The notes under the pieces: generated by a model
What the model saw: only the letters and a program-made list of their open reading frames with translations
What the model was told of the DNA's origin: nothing
The model's database searches: none
Shown here: in pieces, positions 1 to 13,708 of the stretch
Position numbering within the stretch: position 1 is the first letter of the stretch
How the letters are laid out: the number at the start of each line of letters is the position of its first letter
NCBI GenBank assembly: GCA_951406725.2
Contig: OX597832.1
Span: 27,156,001 to 27,220,000 of the forward strand
From: Octopus vulgaris
Lineage: Eukaryota
Direction: 5' to 3'
Length of the DNA stretch: 64,000 nucleotides
Made by a program: the position numbers and the translations under genes

Positions 1-65
1 TCAGAACTTAACTGGTGGTCCAAATCAGATATGCAATCTATCTGGGTGTCTTCTCAAAACATTGA

Positions 66-142
66 CTGGTTTAAAAAGCCACATCAGACGCCATGATGGA
101 TCTAAGGTTATATCATGGTGTCTAATGTGGCTTTTAAGCCAG
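66..142. repeat. Inverted repeat / long hairpin (~32-bp stem; weaker pairing extends to ~13-194)
   Basis: ctggtttaaaaagccacatcagacgccatgat pairs with atcatggtgtctaatgtggcttttaagccag; followed by (TA)n. Confidence 0.8.
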
Positions 143-191
143 AAAATGTATTGAAGCGGTGGTCAGACTCTGCATAAGGAATAGACAACCA

Positions 192-247
<56 letters not shown>

Positions 248-654
248 TATATAAATGTATATACGCACCCATACACACAAGTAGGAAAACAGACGAACGA
301 AAGTAGCTCTCAACACATTCATTCGGAATTGTGTGTTCAATGAAGGATTGTTTCGGCTCCTCATTGCTCAAAGTTTTGTAGACGCAGAGGAGCAAAAACA
401 TTATCAGATGTACGGGGCCAAATGAAAGGGAATTTGTAAGTGGCCTCTATGTGAGAATATATACAAAACTTCATTAATCAATTCAGGTCACGTGATGTAT
501 TATGCACACACACACACATACGTGAGTGTGTGTGTGTATTTGTGTATGTTTGTGTATGTTTGTGTATGTGTATAGATATATACACACATATATGCATTTT
601 TACACACATATATACGTACACACATTCACGTCTATATACAGACACGTTCATACA

Positions 655-740
<86 letters not shown>

Positions 741-1163
741 CATACATACAAGCATACACACGCAGATAACACACAATATGTGTTCTGCAGTATAGAATCA
801 CGGAAATGTTTAGACGGTTTCCGGTTTTGGCGTGGAGTGAAGAATAGGAAATTCCTGTGAAATCCGAGACGTTTGGTTCAACAGAAGTTGTTGTTGTTGT
901 TGTTGTTGTCGGTTTATTGAATGCTGAGATGATGGAAATAGATGTGCAGTCCTCAACAACAACAACAGCAACAACAAAAGTAACAACAATAATTACCGCA
1001 ACAATAACAAGAAGATCATCTTCAGCTTGAGTAACCATGATCCAACAGGAAAGAAAACGAGACACCCTCTGCCACATTGGACGACGCAACTACGCACAGA
1101 TATGGCTTCACACAGCCATAGATGTATAAGCGTATATGCGTATATACAAACGGGCATACCAAG

Positions 1164-1232
<69 letters not shown>

Positions 1233-1245
1233 GTATATATATAAG

Positions 1246-1290
<45 letters not shown>

Positions 1291-1335
1291 GTGTATGTAT
1301 ATATATGTATATATATATTTATATATATGTATATA

Positions 1336-1403
<68 letters not shown>

Positions 1404-1711
1404 TAGGAAAAAAGCAACAAGAATGGATCAATATATCGGTACAATTGTTTCGTACGAGGACATCTTTAATAAAGCTACAAAAATTGCAGTAAATATAGGT
1501 GGCTCGTACTCATCAGCCGAAATATATATATATATTTGTGTGTGTGTGTGTGTGCATATACGCATATATTTACGTGTATATATTTATGTGTGTGTGAGTA
1601 TAAATGTGTGTGTATATATGTGGACGTGTGTGTATGCGTATCTATATTCATATGTGTATATGTACATATGTATATACATAATGTATGTCTATGTATGTGT
1701 TTTTGTGTGTA

Positions 1712-1811
<100 letters not shown>

Positions 1812-1979
1812 CATATATATATATAACACGCACATACATACAAATGTGTGTGTATGCTGGTGGGGGAGAATATAATATGCACATCCATTATTTATGTATT
1901 TATATATAAACACAAACGCATACATATTATGTATGTGTGTATACATATACATGCGCACACGCACACATTATTTATATAC

Positions 1980-2169
1980 ACTCTTTACTCTTTTACTCTT
2001 TTACTTATTTCAGTCATTTGACTGCGGCCATGCTGGAGTACCGACTTTAGTCGAGCAAATCGACCCCCAGGATTTATTCTTTGTAAGCCTAGTACTTTAT
2101 TCTATCGGTCTCATAAGAGGACGTAAACACACCAGCATCGGTTGTCAAGCGATGTTGGGGAAACACACA

Positions 2170-2203
<34 letters not shown>

Positions 2204-2293
2204 TATATACACAAATATATAGACATGTATACGACGGGCTTCTTTCAGTTTCCATTTATCAAATCCACTCCCAAGGTGCCACTCAGTGGGACT
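1980..2293 (-). mobile_element. tRNA-derived SINE family A, internally deleted copy
   Basis: Reverse complement of the 6358-6770 copy: ttcagtcatttgactgcggccatgctggag ... acgacgggcttctttcagtttcc, with internal (CA)n. Confidence 0.85.
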
Positions 2294-2306
2294 GAACGTC
2301 ATCATT

Positions 2307-2343
<37 letters not shown>

Positions 2344-2356
2344 CCATCATCATCAC

Positions 2357-2415
<59 letters not shown>

Positions 2416-2440
2416 ACAACAACAACAACAACAACAACAA
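2290..2440. repeat. (CAT)n(CAA)n microsatellite
   Basis: Direct reading. Confidence 0.95.
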
Positions 2441-2789
2441 ACGTACATGTCAAAACAATAACCATCAACCAACAACAAAACCAGTCGAACCAACAAAGGA
2501 GCCACTTGGTGGTTGCTCGATGTATTAGAAATAGCAGCCACATCTCCATCAAAACACCGTCGTCCTTAAAGAGCACACAGATTATCTGGTTTTTGGAGCG
2601 CTGACACATATGAAACAGAAGGGATTGTCACGGCTGGAATAAGTTTTGATGACAATCAGCTCAATCAAGGACGACCTAGGGCTAAACAAACGGGTAAACA
2701 ATGATAAGGAGGAAAGTGTTTTTTGAAAACCGAGGAGAGAGGGAGGGGTGGGGATCGGGTGACGGAGGGGTGGGGGACGGTAGAGCAGA

Positions 2790-2795
2790 ACGTGT

Positions 2796-2892
<97 letters not shown>

Positions 2893-3402
2893 AGTGTGTA
2901 GTGTGTGTGTAGTGTGTGTGTAGTGTGTGTGTATAGTGTGTGTGTGTGTGTAGTGTGTGTGTGTAGTTTGTGTGTGTGTGTATGTATGTGTGTGTGTGTA
3001 TGTGTGTGTGTATGTGTGTGTGTAGTGTGTTTGTAGTGTGTGTGTGTGTGTAGTGTGTGTGTAGTGTGTGTATGTGTAGTGTGTGTGTGTGTGTGTGTGT
3101 ATGTGTGTGTGTGTATGTGTGTGTGTGCAGTGTGTGTGTAGTGTGTGTGTGTGTATGTGTGTGGAGCAGGAGGGAGGGTGAAAGGGCAAACTCGACTTTG
3201 CCTTTCGTTCCGATTCCCGAGGTACTCTCAGCCTGGACGGACGTCAGCCGAAGAAGAAAACTCGGAGTTGGGAAAGAAGAGGAGGAGGAGGAGGAGGAAG
3301 AAAAGAAGGAGGAATTAAATAGAGTACAACGTCACGGTATGTAGAACTGATTTATCCCACCACCAACCCCTTTCCTTCACACGTTCCTTTGTATATCTAT
3401 AT

Positions 3403-3447
<45 letters not shown>

Positions 3448-3612
3448 TACATACATACACATACATACATACATACATACATACATACATACACATACAT
3501 ACATATATACACACACACATGCATACTTACATACATACATACGAACATACATACATACATAGATACATACATACACATACATACATACATACATACATGC
3601 ATACATACATAC

Positions 3613-3643
<31 letters not shown>

Positions 3644-3976
3644 CATACATACATACATACATACATACATACATGCATACATACATACATACATACATAC
3701 ATACATACATACATACATACATACGAACATATATGTATGTGTGTGTGTACACACATCATTCATGCATAGATACATACACGCACACACACACTCTCTCTCT
3801 CTCTCACACACACAAACACACACATATATATATACGTACGTAGATGTTTGGAGTGTTTGTATATATGTATATGTATATATGTATGGATATATATATACAT
3901 GCATATATACGCATATATATACATATATGTATATATATACATATATATATATATGCATGAATATATACATACATAC

Positions 3977-4017
<41 letters not shown>

Positions 4018-4542
4018 TATGTGTGTGTGTGTGTGTGAATATATATATATATATATATGAGAATTACATAACAGATATTTGGAGCCAGACTAAATATATA
4101 TCCTTGCGTGTGTGTGCGTATGCATATACATACACATGTATTCATATCCGTACACATACACACACTCACATACTCACACACACATGTATATGCATGAATG
4201 TGTATGCATGTGTGCGTGCGTATGGTGTACTTGTACTTATTAGCACATACCACAAAAGCACAAAAAAACATATACTATAAATAGAAGTGTGTGTGTGTGT
4301 GTGAGTGTGCGTGTGTGTGTGTGTGTGTATGTGTATATGTGTGTGTGTACGTATATGAACATACGTATGTATTGCGTGTAAGCGTATACTTACATCATAA
4401 ACTTACACAATACTTATACACACATGCATAATACATGTATATGCATACACATATAGACCACATACAAACGTTATATATATATATATATATATATATGTAC
4501 ATACATACATACATATATATATATATGTTTGTGTGTGTGTGT

Positions 4543-4577
<35 letters not shown>

Positions 4578-4585
4578 TACATACA

Positions 4586-4624
<39 letters not shown>

Positions 4625-4843
4625 GCATATATATATATATATGCATATACACATATGTATATATAAATATGTGTGTAAATATATATATATATATATATGT
4701 AAATACACACACACATATATATATATATGTAAGTATAAATATATATATGTAAGTATATATATATAATATATATATGCATATAAATATATGTATATATACA
4801 TACCCCTGTATATGTATATATGTATATATATACGTATGTATGC

Positions 4844-4900
<57 letters not shown>

Positions 4901-4914
4901 CATACATATACAGG

Positions 4915-4977
<63 letters not shown>

Positions 4978-4980
4978 GCA
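2790..4980. repeat. Compound (TG)n/(CATA)n/(TA)n microsatellite field
   Basis: Direct reading; short unique islands at ~3165-3400 and ~4060-4290. Confidence 0.9.
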
Positions 4981-5279
4981 GGGGTATGTATTCGGTGCTG
5001 TACTAAATATACACGGTAGCATGTAATTCGAACATTGCTACAATATTCCTGTGGATATGGTGGGAATGTGTTCTGGTCAGGTGCCAAATTAGCGGCGGTC
5101 GCGGCGGTGCTGATGGTGTTGGTTGCAGGGGTGATGGTATGGCGGTGTTGCCGCTGCTCGTAGTGGTGACGACGACTGTGGTGCTGGTGATGGAGATGGT
5201 GGTATTGGCTGTTGTTGTGGTGGTGGGATGGAGGTGTGGAGGAGATAATGATTATCATTAGAGTAAGGGCGATGATAAT

Positions 5280-5692
5280 TTCGAATTTTGGCGCAAGTCC
5301 AGCAATTTTTGGGAGAGAGGACTAGTCGATTACATCGACCCCCCAGTGTTTCACTGGTCCTTAATTTATCGACCCCCGAAAGGATGAAAGGCAAAGTCGA
5401 CCCCGGCCGAATTTGAACTCAGAACGTAAAAACGGACGAAATACCTATTTCTTTACTGCCCACAAGGGGCTAAACACAGAGGGGACAGACAAGGACAGAC
5501 AAGGACAGACAAACGGATTAAGTCGATTATATTGACCCCAGTGCGTAACTGGTACTTAATTTATCGACCCCGAAAGGATGAAAAAGGAAAAGTCGACCCC
5601 GGTCGAATTTGAACTCAGAACGTAAAAACGGACGAAATATACTGCTAAGCATTTCGTCCGGCAAGCTGACGATTCTGCCTGTTTGTCGCCTC
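5280..5692 (-). mobile_element. SINE family B, nested dimer (young-tail unit inside an old-tail copy)
   Basis: Two units with gaccccgaaaggatgaaa ... tttgaactcagaacgtaa; junction gacgaaatacc|tatttcttt at ~5445; B-box-like GAGTTCAAATTC on the minus strand. Confidence 0.85.
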
Positions 5693-5921
5693 TTGATGGC
5701 GATAATGATGCTGATGTTACTGATGATGATGATGACGGCGATGATGATGCTGATGTTGACAGTGATGATGATGATCACGATAATGCTTAGCATAACACAT
5801 TACAGATATCATTGCTTCATGCGCACGCGCGAGCATATTTATCAGGCACGTGACGTTAGTTCTCAGGATAGGCAGTAGGTATTACAAAAGGTCCTATGAT
5901 TATAGACGTTATATAAAAATA

Positions 5922-5957
<36 letters not shown>

Positions 5958-5966
5958 CATATATAT

Positions 5967-6200
5967 ATCTTATATAAAATCCGTTCTGTGTGTGTGTGGC
6001 TGTGTGGCTTCTAGGGTCTCGGGCATCCTCCATCCGATTGGCGCTCAAATTTGATATGTAGATAGCGACGGTATCAGGACGTGTATAAGTCTTGAAAGAA
6101 TTACAAAAATCGATTCCAGGTGAGAATGCGATCGATAAAGCCAGTGAGAAATCGTTTTTCTTTGGATTAGAAAAAAGTATATCTTCATTTCTTATTTTGC
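5967..6200 (+). mobile_element. Possible non-autonomous Helitron 5' fragment
   Basis: Starts tcttatataaaa, then (TG)n and ccgatt...aaatttg, like the 5' end of the 63434 element; no 3' CTAG end found. Confidence 0.35.
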
Positions 6201-6357
6201 TGGTGTCTCAATTTTAGGTTAAATCAGTGTTTCTCAAAGGAGAGGACTATGGGACGGTCGGACAAGTTGTTTTGAGAAAATTTGATTTAAATGTTTGACA
6301 ACTCAGCACCGTCCACTGGACGGGGGGCGTTTTCTCGTATATATATATATATATATA

Positions 6358-6770
6358 GGCGCAGGAGTGGCTGTGTGGTAAGTAGCTTGCTAACCAATCA
6401 CATGGTTCCGGGTTCAGTCCCACTGCGTAGCATCTTGGGCAAGTGTCTTCTGCTATAGCCTCGGGCCGACCAAAGCCTTGTGAGTGGATTTGGTAGACGG
6501 AAACTGAAAGAAGCCTGTCGTATATATGTATATATATATATATGCATGTGTGTGTATATGTTTGTGTGTCTGTGTTTGTCCCCCCTAGCATTGCTTGACA
6601 ACCGATGCTGGTGTGTTTACGTCCCCGACACTTAGCGGTTCGGCAAAAGAGACCGATAGAATAAGTACTGGGCTTACAAAGAATAAGTCCCGGGGTCGAT
6701 TTGCTCGACTAAAGGCGGTGCTCCAGCATGGCCGCAGTCAAATGACTGAAACAAGTAAAAGAGTAAAGAG
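6358..6770 (+). mobile_element. tRNA-derived SINE family A, full-length, with internal (TA)n/(TG)n
   Basis: A-box TGGCTGTGTGG, B-box GGTTCAGTCCC, core cttgggcaagtgtctt, tail ggcggtgctccagcatggccgcagtc...aaagag; several other copies in the window. Confidence 0.9.
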
Positions 6771-6804
6771 TAATATATAAATAAGGACTTCTTTCTGATG
6801 ATCT

Positions 6805-6985
6805 CGCTACTGATGTGAAGACTACCCGGAAGACCTCCACGACGGTGGAGTTACGATTTCAGGAGGACGATTGGGATCACGTGGATGAGAAAGGCGCGAT
6901 CCAGAGAGGAGTGGACAGCGTGCTGTGACCAGCGGTGTCAAATGGACCCCTGACGGACTGGTCGGTCAAGGTCGGTCAAGGTGAT
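6805..6985 (+). mobile_element. RTE-clade LINE 3' fragment
   Basis: Translates GRPPRRWSYDFRRTIGITWMRKARSREEWTACCDQRCQMDP*, matching the RTE ORF C-terminal GRP..RW.D...W...A..R..W pattern; short tandem tail ggtcggtcaa x2. Confidence 0.65.
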
Positions 6986-7017
6986 ATAAATAAGGATAAG
7001 ATTGATATTTAAATACC

Positions 7018-7249
7018 TATTTCTTTATTATCCACAAGGGGCTAAACATAGAGAGGACAAACAAGGACAGACATAGGTATTAAGTCGATTATATCGACCC
7101 CAGTGCGGAACTGGTGCTTAATTTGTCGACCCCGAAAGGATGAAAGGCAAAGTCAACCTCGGCGGAATCTGAACTCACAACGTAACGACAGACGAAATAC
7201 CGCTAAGCATTTCATCCGGCGTGCTAACGTTTCTGCCAGCTCGCCGCCT
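7018..7249 (-). mobile_element. SINE family B, full-length, with target-site duplication
   Basis: Flanked on both sides by ttaaatacc; interrupts a repeat whose uninterrupted copy lies at 45685-45765 (reverse strand). Confidence 0.9.
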
Positions 7250-7594
7250 TTAAATACCGATCTTATCCGGTGGCCAGCATGGGAATAAAAACCTTCAAAG
7301 GTAATAATTATTTAAAACGTCAAATTTTGCAATCTTTTGCTTTGTCCAAAGAAAGAAAATATGGAGAGCAAGCTGGGGGAGAGAACGACGGTGTTTCGTA
7401 ATTTTTAATTTGATTATATTATGGAGTTTTTAATTATGGCTCATTTGAGGATATTTCAATTTATAATTAATCCTTAAAGACTCGTTTTTTTTTCTCCATA
7501 TTTCTGCAAAGTGGAGATAGATTTTGGAATATTTTTATTTATTTATTTATCTTTGGATATTTAGGATCAGAGCAGAGTGTCATGTATTGGGAAT

Positions 7595-8210
7595 GTAGAG
7601 AGGGGGCGAGGTAGAGAGGAGAGAGAGAGAGAGAGAGTGAGAGAGAGAGGGGAGAGAGAGGGAGAGAAAGGTGAAAAGAGAGATGGGAAATGTGATAAAT
7701 AGAAATAGTGAAGAAATGATGGAGAGGAGGGGAGAAGAAAGAGCGATAGGGAGGAAAGAGAGGTATGAGAATGTGAGAGAAAGGAAGAGATAGGGAGAAG
7801 GGAAAAGAGACAAAGAGAAAGGAGTGAGAGAGAGAAGAGAGAGGAGACATAGTGAGAGAGGAAGAGAGGGGGAAGAGTGAGATACTGAGAGAGGAAGATG
7901 AGGATAGAGATAGAAACGAAGAGAGAGAGAGAGAGACTAGAGAGAAAAGAGAGAGAAGGAAAAAACAGAGGTGAGAGAAAGAAAAGCAAGAGAAAGAGGG
8001 AAAGAAAAGAGAGAGAGGAGAATCAGAGAGATGAGAGAAACAAATGAAAGAGAGAGAGAGAGAGGGGGAAAGAAAGAGAAAGAGGGTGAAGAAAAAAGGG
8101 AGATAAAAAAACAAAAGAGAGATGGAGGGAGAGGGACAGAGAGAAAAGAAAGAGAAAGAAAGTAAAGAAAATAAAGAGAGAGAGAAAGAGAGAGGAAGTA
8201 GGAAAGAGCC
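7595..8210. repeat. Polypurine (GA-rich) tract
   Basis: ~600 bp almost entirely G/A. Confidence 0.9.
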
Positions 8211-9146
8211 ACGGCGATTTGTTTCAGGAAAATTATGACGTAATTTGGAAAGATGGCCATTAAAATAATTTTAATGGTCAGCGAATTAATGACGTAATTT
8301 TAAAGAGAATAAATGGCAAATTACGAAGGGAGATAAACCATTAGAGCTACACGGTACATCGCTGTTGTTATTGTTATGACCTTTTATAAATAAGGGTAGT
8401 AGTTGTCATATAAACTGGGGTGTTTTTATTTGTTTTTTTTGTCATTCCTGGATCTTCGGATTTTCGGTTTCTGCTTCTGTTGGTATTCAATGTCTGTAGA
8501 TTTGCCAGTATTTTGTCTGTGAAACTGGTATTGGTTCACAGTTGAAGATTTTAACGAAACACACACATTTAAGCATTATCAAATCTCACTGTGGGTTTAA
8601 TAATGTAAACACATACTTTCTAAACTATTGAAGTGTGGAAGAAAGAGGGACAGGGATATCGTAATGGTTGTTTAATATTCCTCAAGCAAGACATAGACAT
8701 ACCCATCTTCTTTCAACAATCAGTTGTATAGACCAGCTGCTTATAAAGCAGTCAAAAATTAGGCTAGCGCAGTAGTGGATAGCTTATTTTACATCATTAA
8801 TTAATCAATATCTTATCAAAGCTCTGGAGGATTTGAATTCAGAACGCAAAGGGACATAACTAAATGCCAAAAGGCATTTAGTCAGCTGACAACTAATCAC
8901 AACAGTCATATACGATCACTACATCAACGTCAAAAGTCACAATCATGACGACGACAGCGAGTAGCAGCAACAGCACCACCACCACCACCACCACCACCAC
9001 CACCACCACCACCACCACCATCATCATCGTCACCGCTACCACTGCCGCCGCCGCCGTCACCACCAATACAACAATAGGTGTTATCTTCAGAATCCTTTAT
9101 GAAAAAATGCCAGAGATTTAACAAATTGTTGCTTTTTATTGTACAT

Positions 9147-9214
<68 letters not shown>

Positions 9215-9692
9215 TGCCCGATTATGCGTGCGCATATATTTATGTTATATGTCTCCGTCTGCGTGCGTATAAGTGTTGCGAGCTGTCAGTTCGTCTCCTG
9301 AGCGTGTATGAGTGTGTGTGTATGTATGTTTTAAGCGTATCTTTGTCAGCTCATATGTATGATTGTTTGCGCCATGCGTTTGTGCAAGTGTTCGTTTAGA
9401 AGCTCGCATGCGCGTGTGTGTACGTGTGTCGGATTCAGAATATCTGTTGTTGCTTACCTGTTTATGAATGTGTATACTTATATCAGTTTACGTATGCATA
9501 CTGGCAGTTTGTGCTTGTTTACGAACACTTTTTTATGTATGTGTATTCTAATAGATTTGTGCGTATGTGTATACATACATGTAATATATATATATATATA
9601 TATATGTGTATATATATATGCATATGTGTATACATATGTTTATATATGAGTGTGTAGGTTTATGTGTGTGTTTATTTGTGTTTACTTATATA

Positions 9693-9723
<31 letters not shown>

Positions 9724-9833
9724 ATGCGTGTTTCTAAATTTTACTCAGGAGATAAGGTCAGAAAAAGTGTTTTCTGCTCAGCTGAGCGGAACCGGAAATA
9801 AAAGGACTGTAAAGAAGAACTAGAAGTCATCGG

Positions 9834-9912
<79 letters not shown>

Positions 9913-10192
9913 TAATAATAATAATAATAATAATAGATGATGGTGATGATGATGATGATGATGATGATGAATGCCTATGATATCAAGGGAGAGGAAAATA
10001 TTTTCGCGAGGGACAAAAAACAAATACAGAACAACAAACAACACCGTGAAGAATTTTTCATGAAAAACAAAAAAAAGATCTTTGGAAAAGGATAAACGAA
10101 AGCAAAGAGAACTGAAAGGAAGGGAAGAGTATATATATATATATATATATGAAACAATATATACATACATACAATATATATATACAGATACA

Positions 10193-10224
<32 letters not shown>

Positions 10225-10257
10225 CACACATATATATATATAGATATATATATATAC

Positions 10258-10288
<31 letters not shown>

Positions 10289-10980
10289 CATACACACATA
10301 TATATATAGATATATATATATATATATACACATACATACAATTATGTATAAAAAAATATAAATGTGTGTGTATGTCTATGTATGTATGTATGTGTGTGTG
10401 CGTGTGTGGGTGTGAGTTTGTCTGCTGGCATCGTGGAATTCTGCGTCTTTAATGTTTGGAAGTGTTTTGCGTTGCACGCTAGGTGATAATCCTAATGCAA
10501 GAATTGGTACAAATTCCCTGGAAACAGAGAGATACTGTAGATCCAAGGATGGACAGCTTCAAGGAATTAGCTGCATGGATGGAATTTGTTGCCATTCTAA
10601 AGAACACGCTTCAATGGAACCGTTAAAATAGAAGGGTAAGAGGCAGGTTTAGGGAAATGGTTAGCATCGTAGTCATTGTTAAAAATATCAACATATCACG
10701 CCTCCGCCATTTTCCCTCGCGCTCTCCCTTTCGCCTCCCCCTCTTGCTCTCTACTCCACCCTCGCGCTCTCCCTTTCGCCTTCCCCCTCTTGCTCTCTAC
10801 TCCTCTCTCTCTCCCTCTTTCTCTCTCCTCATCCTCTCTCTCAGTGTTTGATGTCGGAATGCTGTTATGCCCCAGGTCAGCCTTAATATAGCAGATCTAT
10901 AATTAAAGGTGATCTGGATGTGACCATCACGTTCCATAAGTACTAAATAACAGGACTTAATCTACTGTACCCTTATACAG

Positions 10981-11350
10981 GGGTGGCTGTGTGGTAAGAT
11001 GTTTCCTTCTCAGCAGCATGGCTCTGGGTTCAATCTCACTGCGTGGCACCTTGGGCAAGCGTCTTCTACTATAACTTCAGGCCGACCAAAACCTTGGGAG
11101 TAGATTTGGTAGATGGAAACTGAAAGAAGCCCGTCGTATATACATATATATATTCTTTTATTTGTTTCAGTCATTTGACTGCGGCCATGCTGGAGCACCG
11201 CCTTTTGTGAGCAAATCGACCCCAGGACTTACTCTTTGTAAGCCTAGTACTTATTCTATCGGTCTCTTTTGCCGAACTGCTAAGTTACGGGGACGTAAAC
11301 ACACCAGCATCGGTTGTCAAGCAATGTTGGAGGGACAAACACAGACACAC
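10981..11350. mobile_element. SINE family A with its 3' half inverted
   Basis: Head on + strand 10981-11137; tail half on - strand 11153-11350; breakpoints in (TA)n. Confidence 0.8.
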
Positions 11351-11356
11351 AAACAT

Positions 11357-11390
<34 letters not shown>

Positions 11391-11414
11391 GCTGATGTGT
11401 CATCGTCGTCATCG

Positions 11415-11702
11415 TCTTTTTCTTCTTCTTTTTCTCCTCCTCCTCCTTCTTCTTCATCTTCTCCTCCTCCTCCTCCTCCTTCTTCTTCTTCTTTTTCTTC
11501 TTCTCCTCCTCCTTTTTCTCCTCCTCCTTCTTCTTCTCCTCCTCCACTTCCTCCTCCTCCTCCACTTCCTCCTCCTCCTCCACTTCCTCCTCCTCCTCCA
11601 CTTCCTCCTCCTCCTCCTCTTCTTCTTCTTCTTCTTCTTCTTCTTCTTCTTCTTCTTCTTCTTCTTCTTCTCCTCCTCCTCCTCCTCCTCCTCCTCCTTC
11701 TT
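11415..11702. repeat. (CCT)n/(CTT)n polypyrimidine tract
   Basis: Direct reading. Confidence 0.95.
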
Positions 11703-11748
11703 GTATGGCCAATATAACAATTGGAGTCGTTGAGTTGACGATTCTCAC

Positions 11749-11870
11749 CTTTGCAATTGAATTCATAAACCACAACGGCCAGTCGTTAAGAATTGGTCTT
11801 TCCTACTAAAAAGGAGACGGAAACAACACACGCCAACGTCCCTTAATCCTGAAGAGGAGGAGACCGTGTC
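11749..11870 (-). other. Candidate minus-strand exon (probably non-coding)
   Basis: Strong donor AAG|gtgaga at 11749/11748; several pyrimidine-rich acceptors (tcttcttcttag, cctcttcag, cctttttag) within 120 nt. Confidence 0.3.
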
Positions 11871-12350
11871 TAAGAAGAAGAGAAGAGAAGATCTCAAAAC
11901 ATCAATACTGGATTTACAATCTTTGCTTATTTCAACACCGAATTGCAAAGAACTTAGACGAAAATATTTTTTCAAAAAACAACTTTAATATAAAAATAGA
12001 ACTTTTAAATATAGTTGTTTATTCAATATATATGAAAGAAAACTAACTCTTACGCATACAGACACGTATTCATAAATAGCGACATACACAATGACAGACA
12101 ATTACACACACACACACACATATGTATTCGCATACACAAACATACATATATTTATATATATAGCCACAGAGCGAAGGGAATGGTAAATATTCCAGTAATT
12201 TTCGCCCGATTCTTCTATTCTAGTTAATTAACAGATGCGAATCTCAGGATAGATTTCACTGGAATTTAGTCAAATGGATATATAGTTTTACGTCTGTGAA
12301 TATATCCGAGTGTGTGTGTGTGTGTGTGTGCATGCGGAAGTGTGTTTGTT

Positions 12351-12406
<56 letters not shown>

Positions 12407-12486
12407 ATTGCAAACATAATACATTTCGCCCCCTTTGCTGCTCTTCCCCCTCCTCTGTCTGTGTCTCTATACACAAACACATGAAA

Positions 12487-12524
<38 letters not shown>

Positions 12525-12630
12525 ATATAATATGATATATATATATGTTACATATGATATATATATACATAAACATATAATATGATATATATATATGTTA
12601 CATACGATATATATATACATAAACATATAA

Positions 12631-12697
<67 letters not shown>

Positions 12698-12757
12698 CTA
12701 TATATACATATATATAAGTATATATATATATATACATACATACATATATATAATATA

Positions 12758-12806
<49 letters not shown>

Positions 12807-12815
12807 TATAATATA

Positions 12816-12871
<56 letters not shown>

Positions 12872-12877
12872 TATAGT

Positions 12878-12956
<79 letters not shown>

Positions 12957-13477
12957 ATGTGTATGTATGGATGCATGTATATATATGTGTGTGTATTATA
13001 CTGTGTTTGTGTTCGTATACATAGCGTATATATAGCATATGCACGCCCACACACGTACACACCCACACACGTACACACACACATACACACACACACACAC
13101 ACAATACGCACAATTTTCGCAAATTGTTTTCGTAAGAAATTATTTCCAGTCACTGGAATATGTAACTGTCTTGGAGAGGAATTGGTGAAGAGAAGGGTTA
13201 AAAAGATTCTTCACCTCGCATTTGGTTTTTGGCAAAGTTAATCACGAAGTAAAAACACACACACACACACATACACACTTTCCGTTCCCTCGCTCTCTCA
13301 AGTACACACATGCACACACGTTTGTGTGTGTTTGTTTATGTTCTCCATATAAATTCTATATATAAATTATATTTCTGTGCTTAAAGATGTAAACAGCTAA
13401 AAATATTTATCGTTATAAATGCATTGTCGTTTATTTATCGTTATGTAATGAACTGAATGCAATACAATGTACGTTTT

Positions 13478-13521
<44 letters not shown>

Positions 13522-13585
13522 CGTGTGTGTATATATATGTGTGTATATATATATGTGTATATATATATATGTGTATGTATATATA

Positions 13586-13616
<31 letters not shown>

Positions 13617-13617
13617 G

Positions 13618-13708
<91 letters not shown>

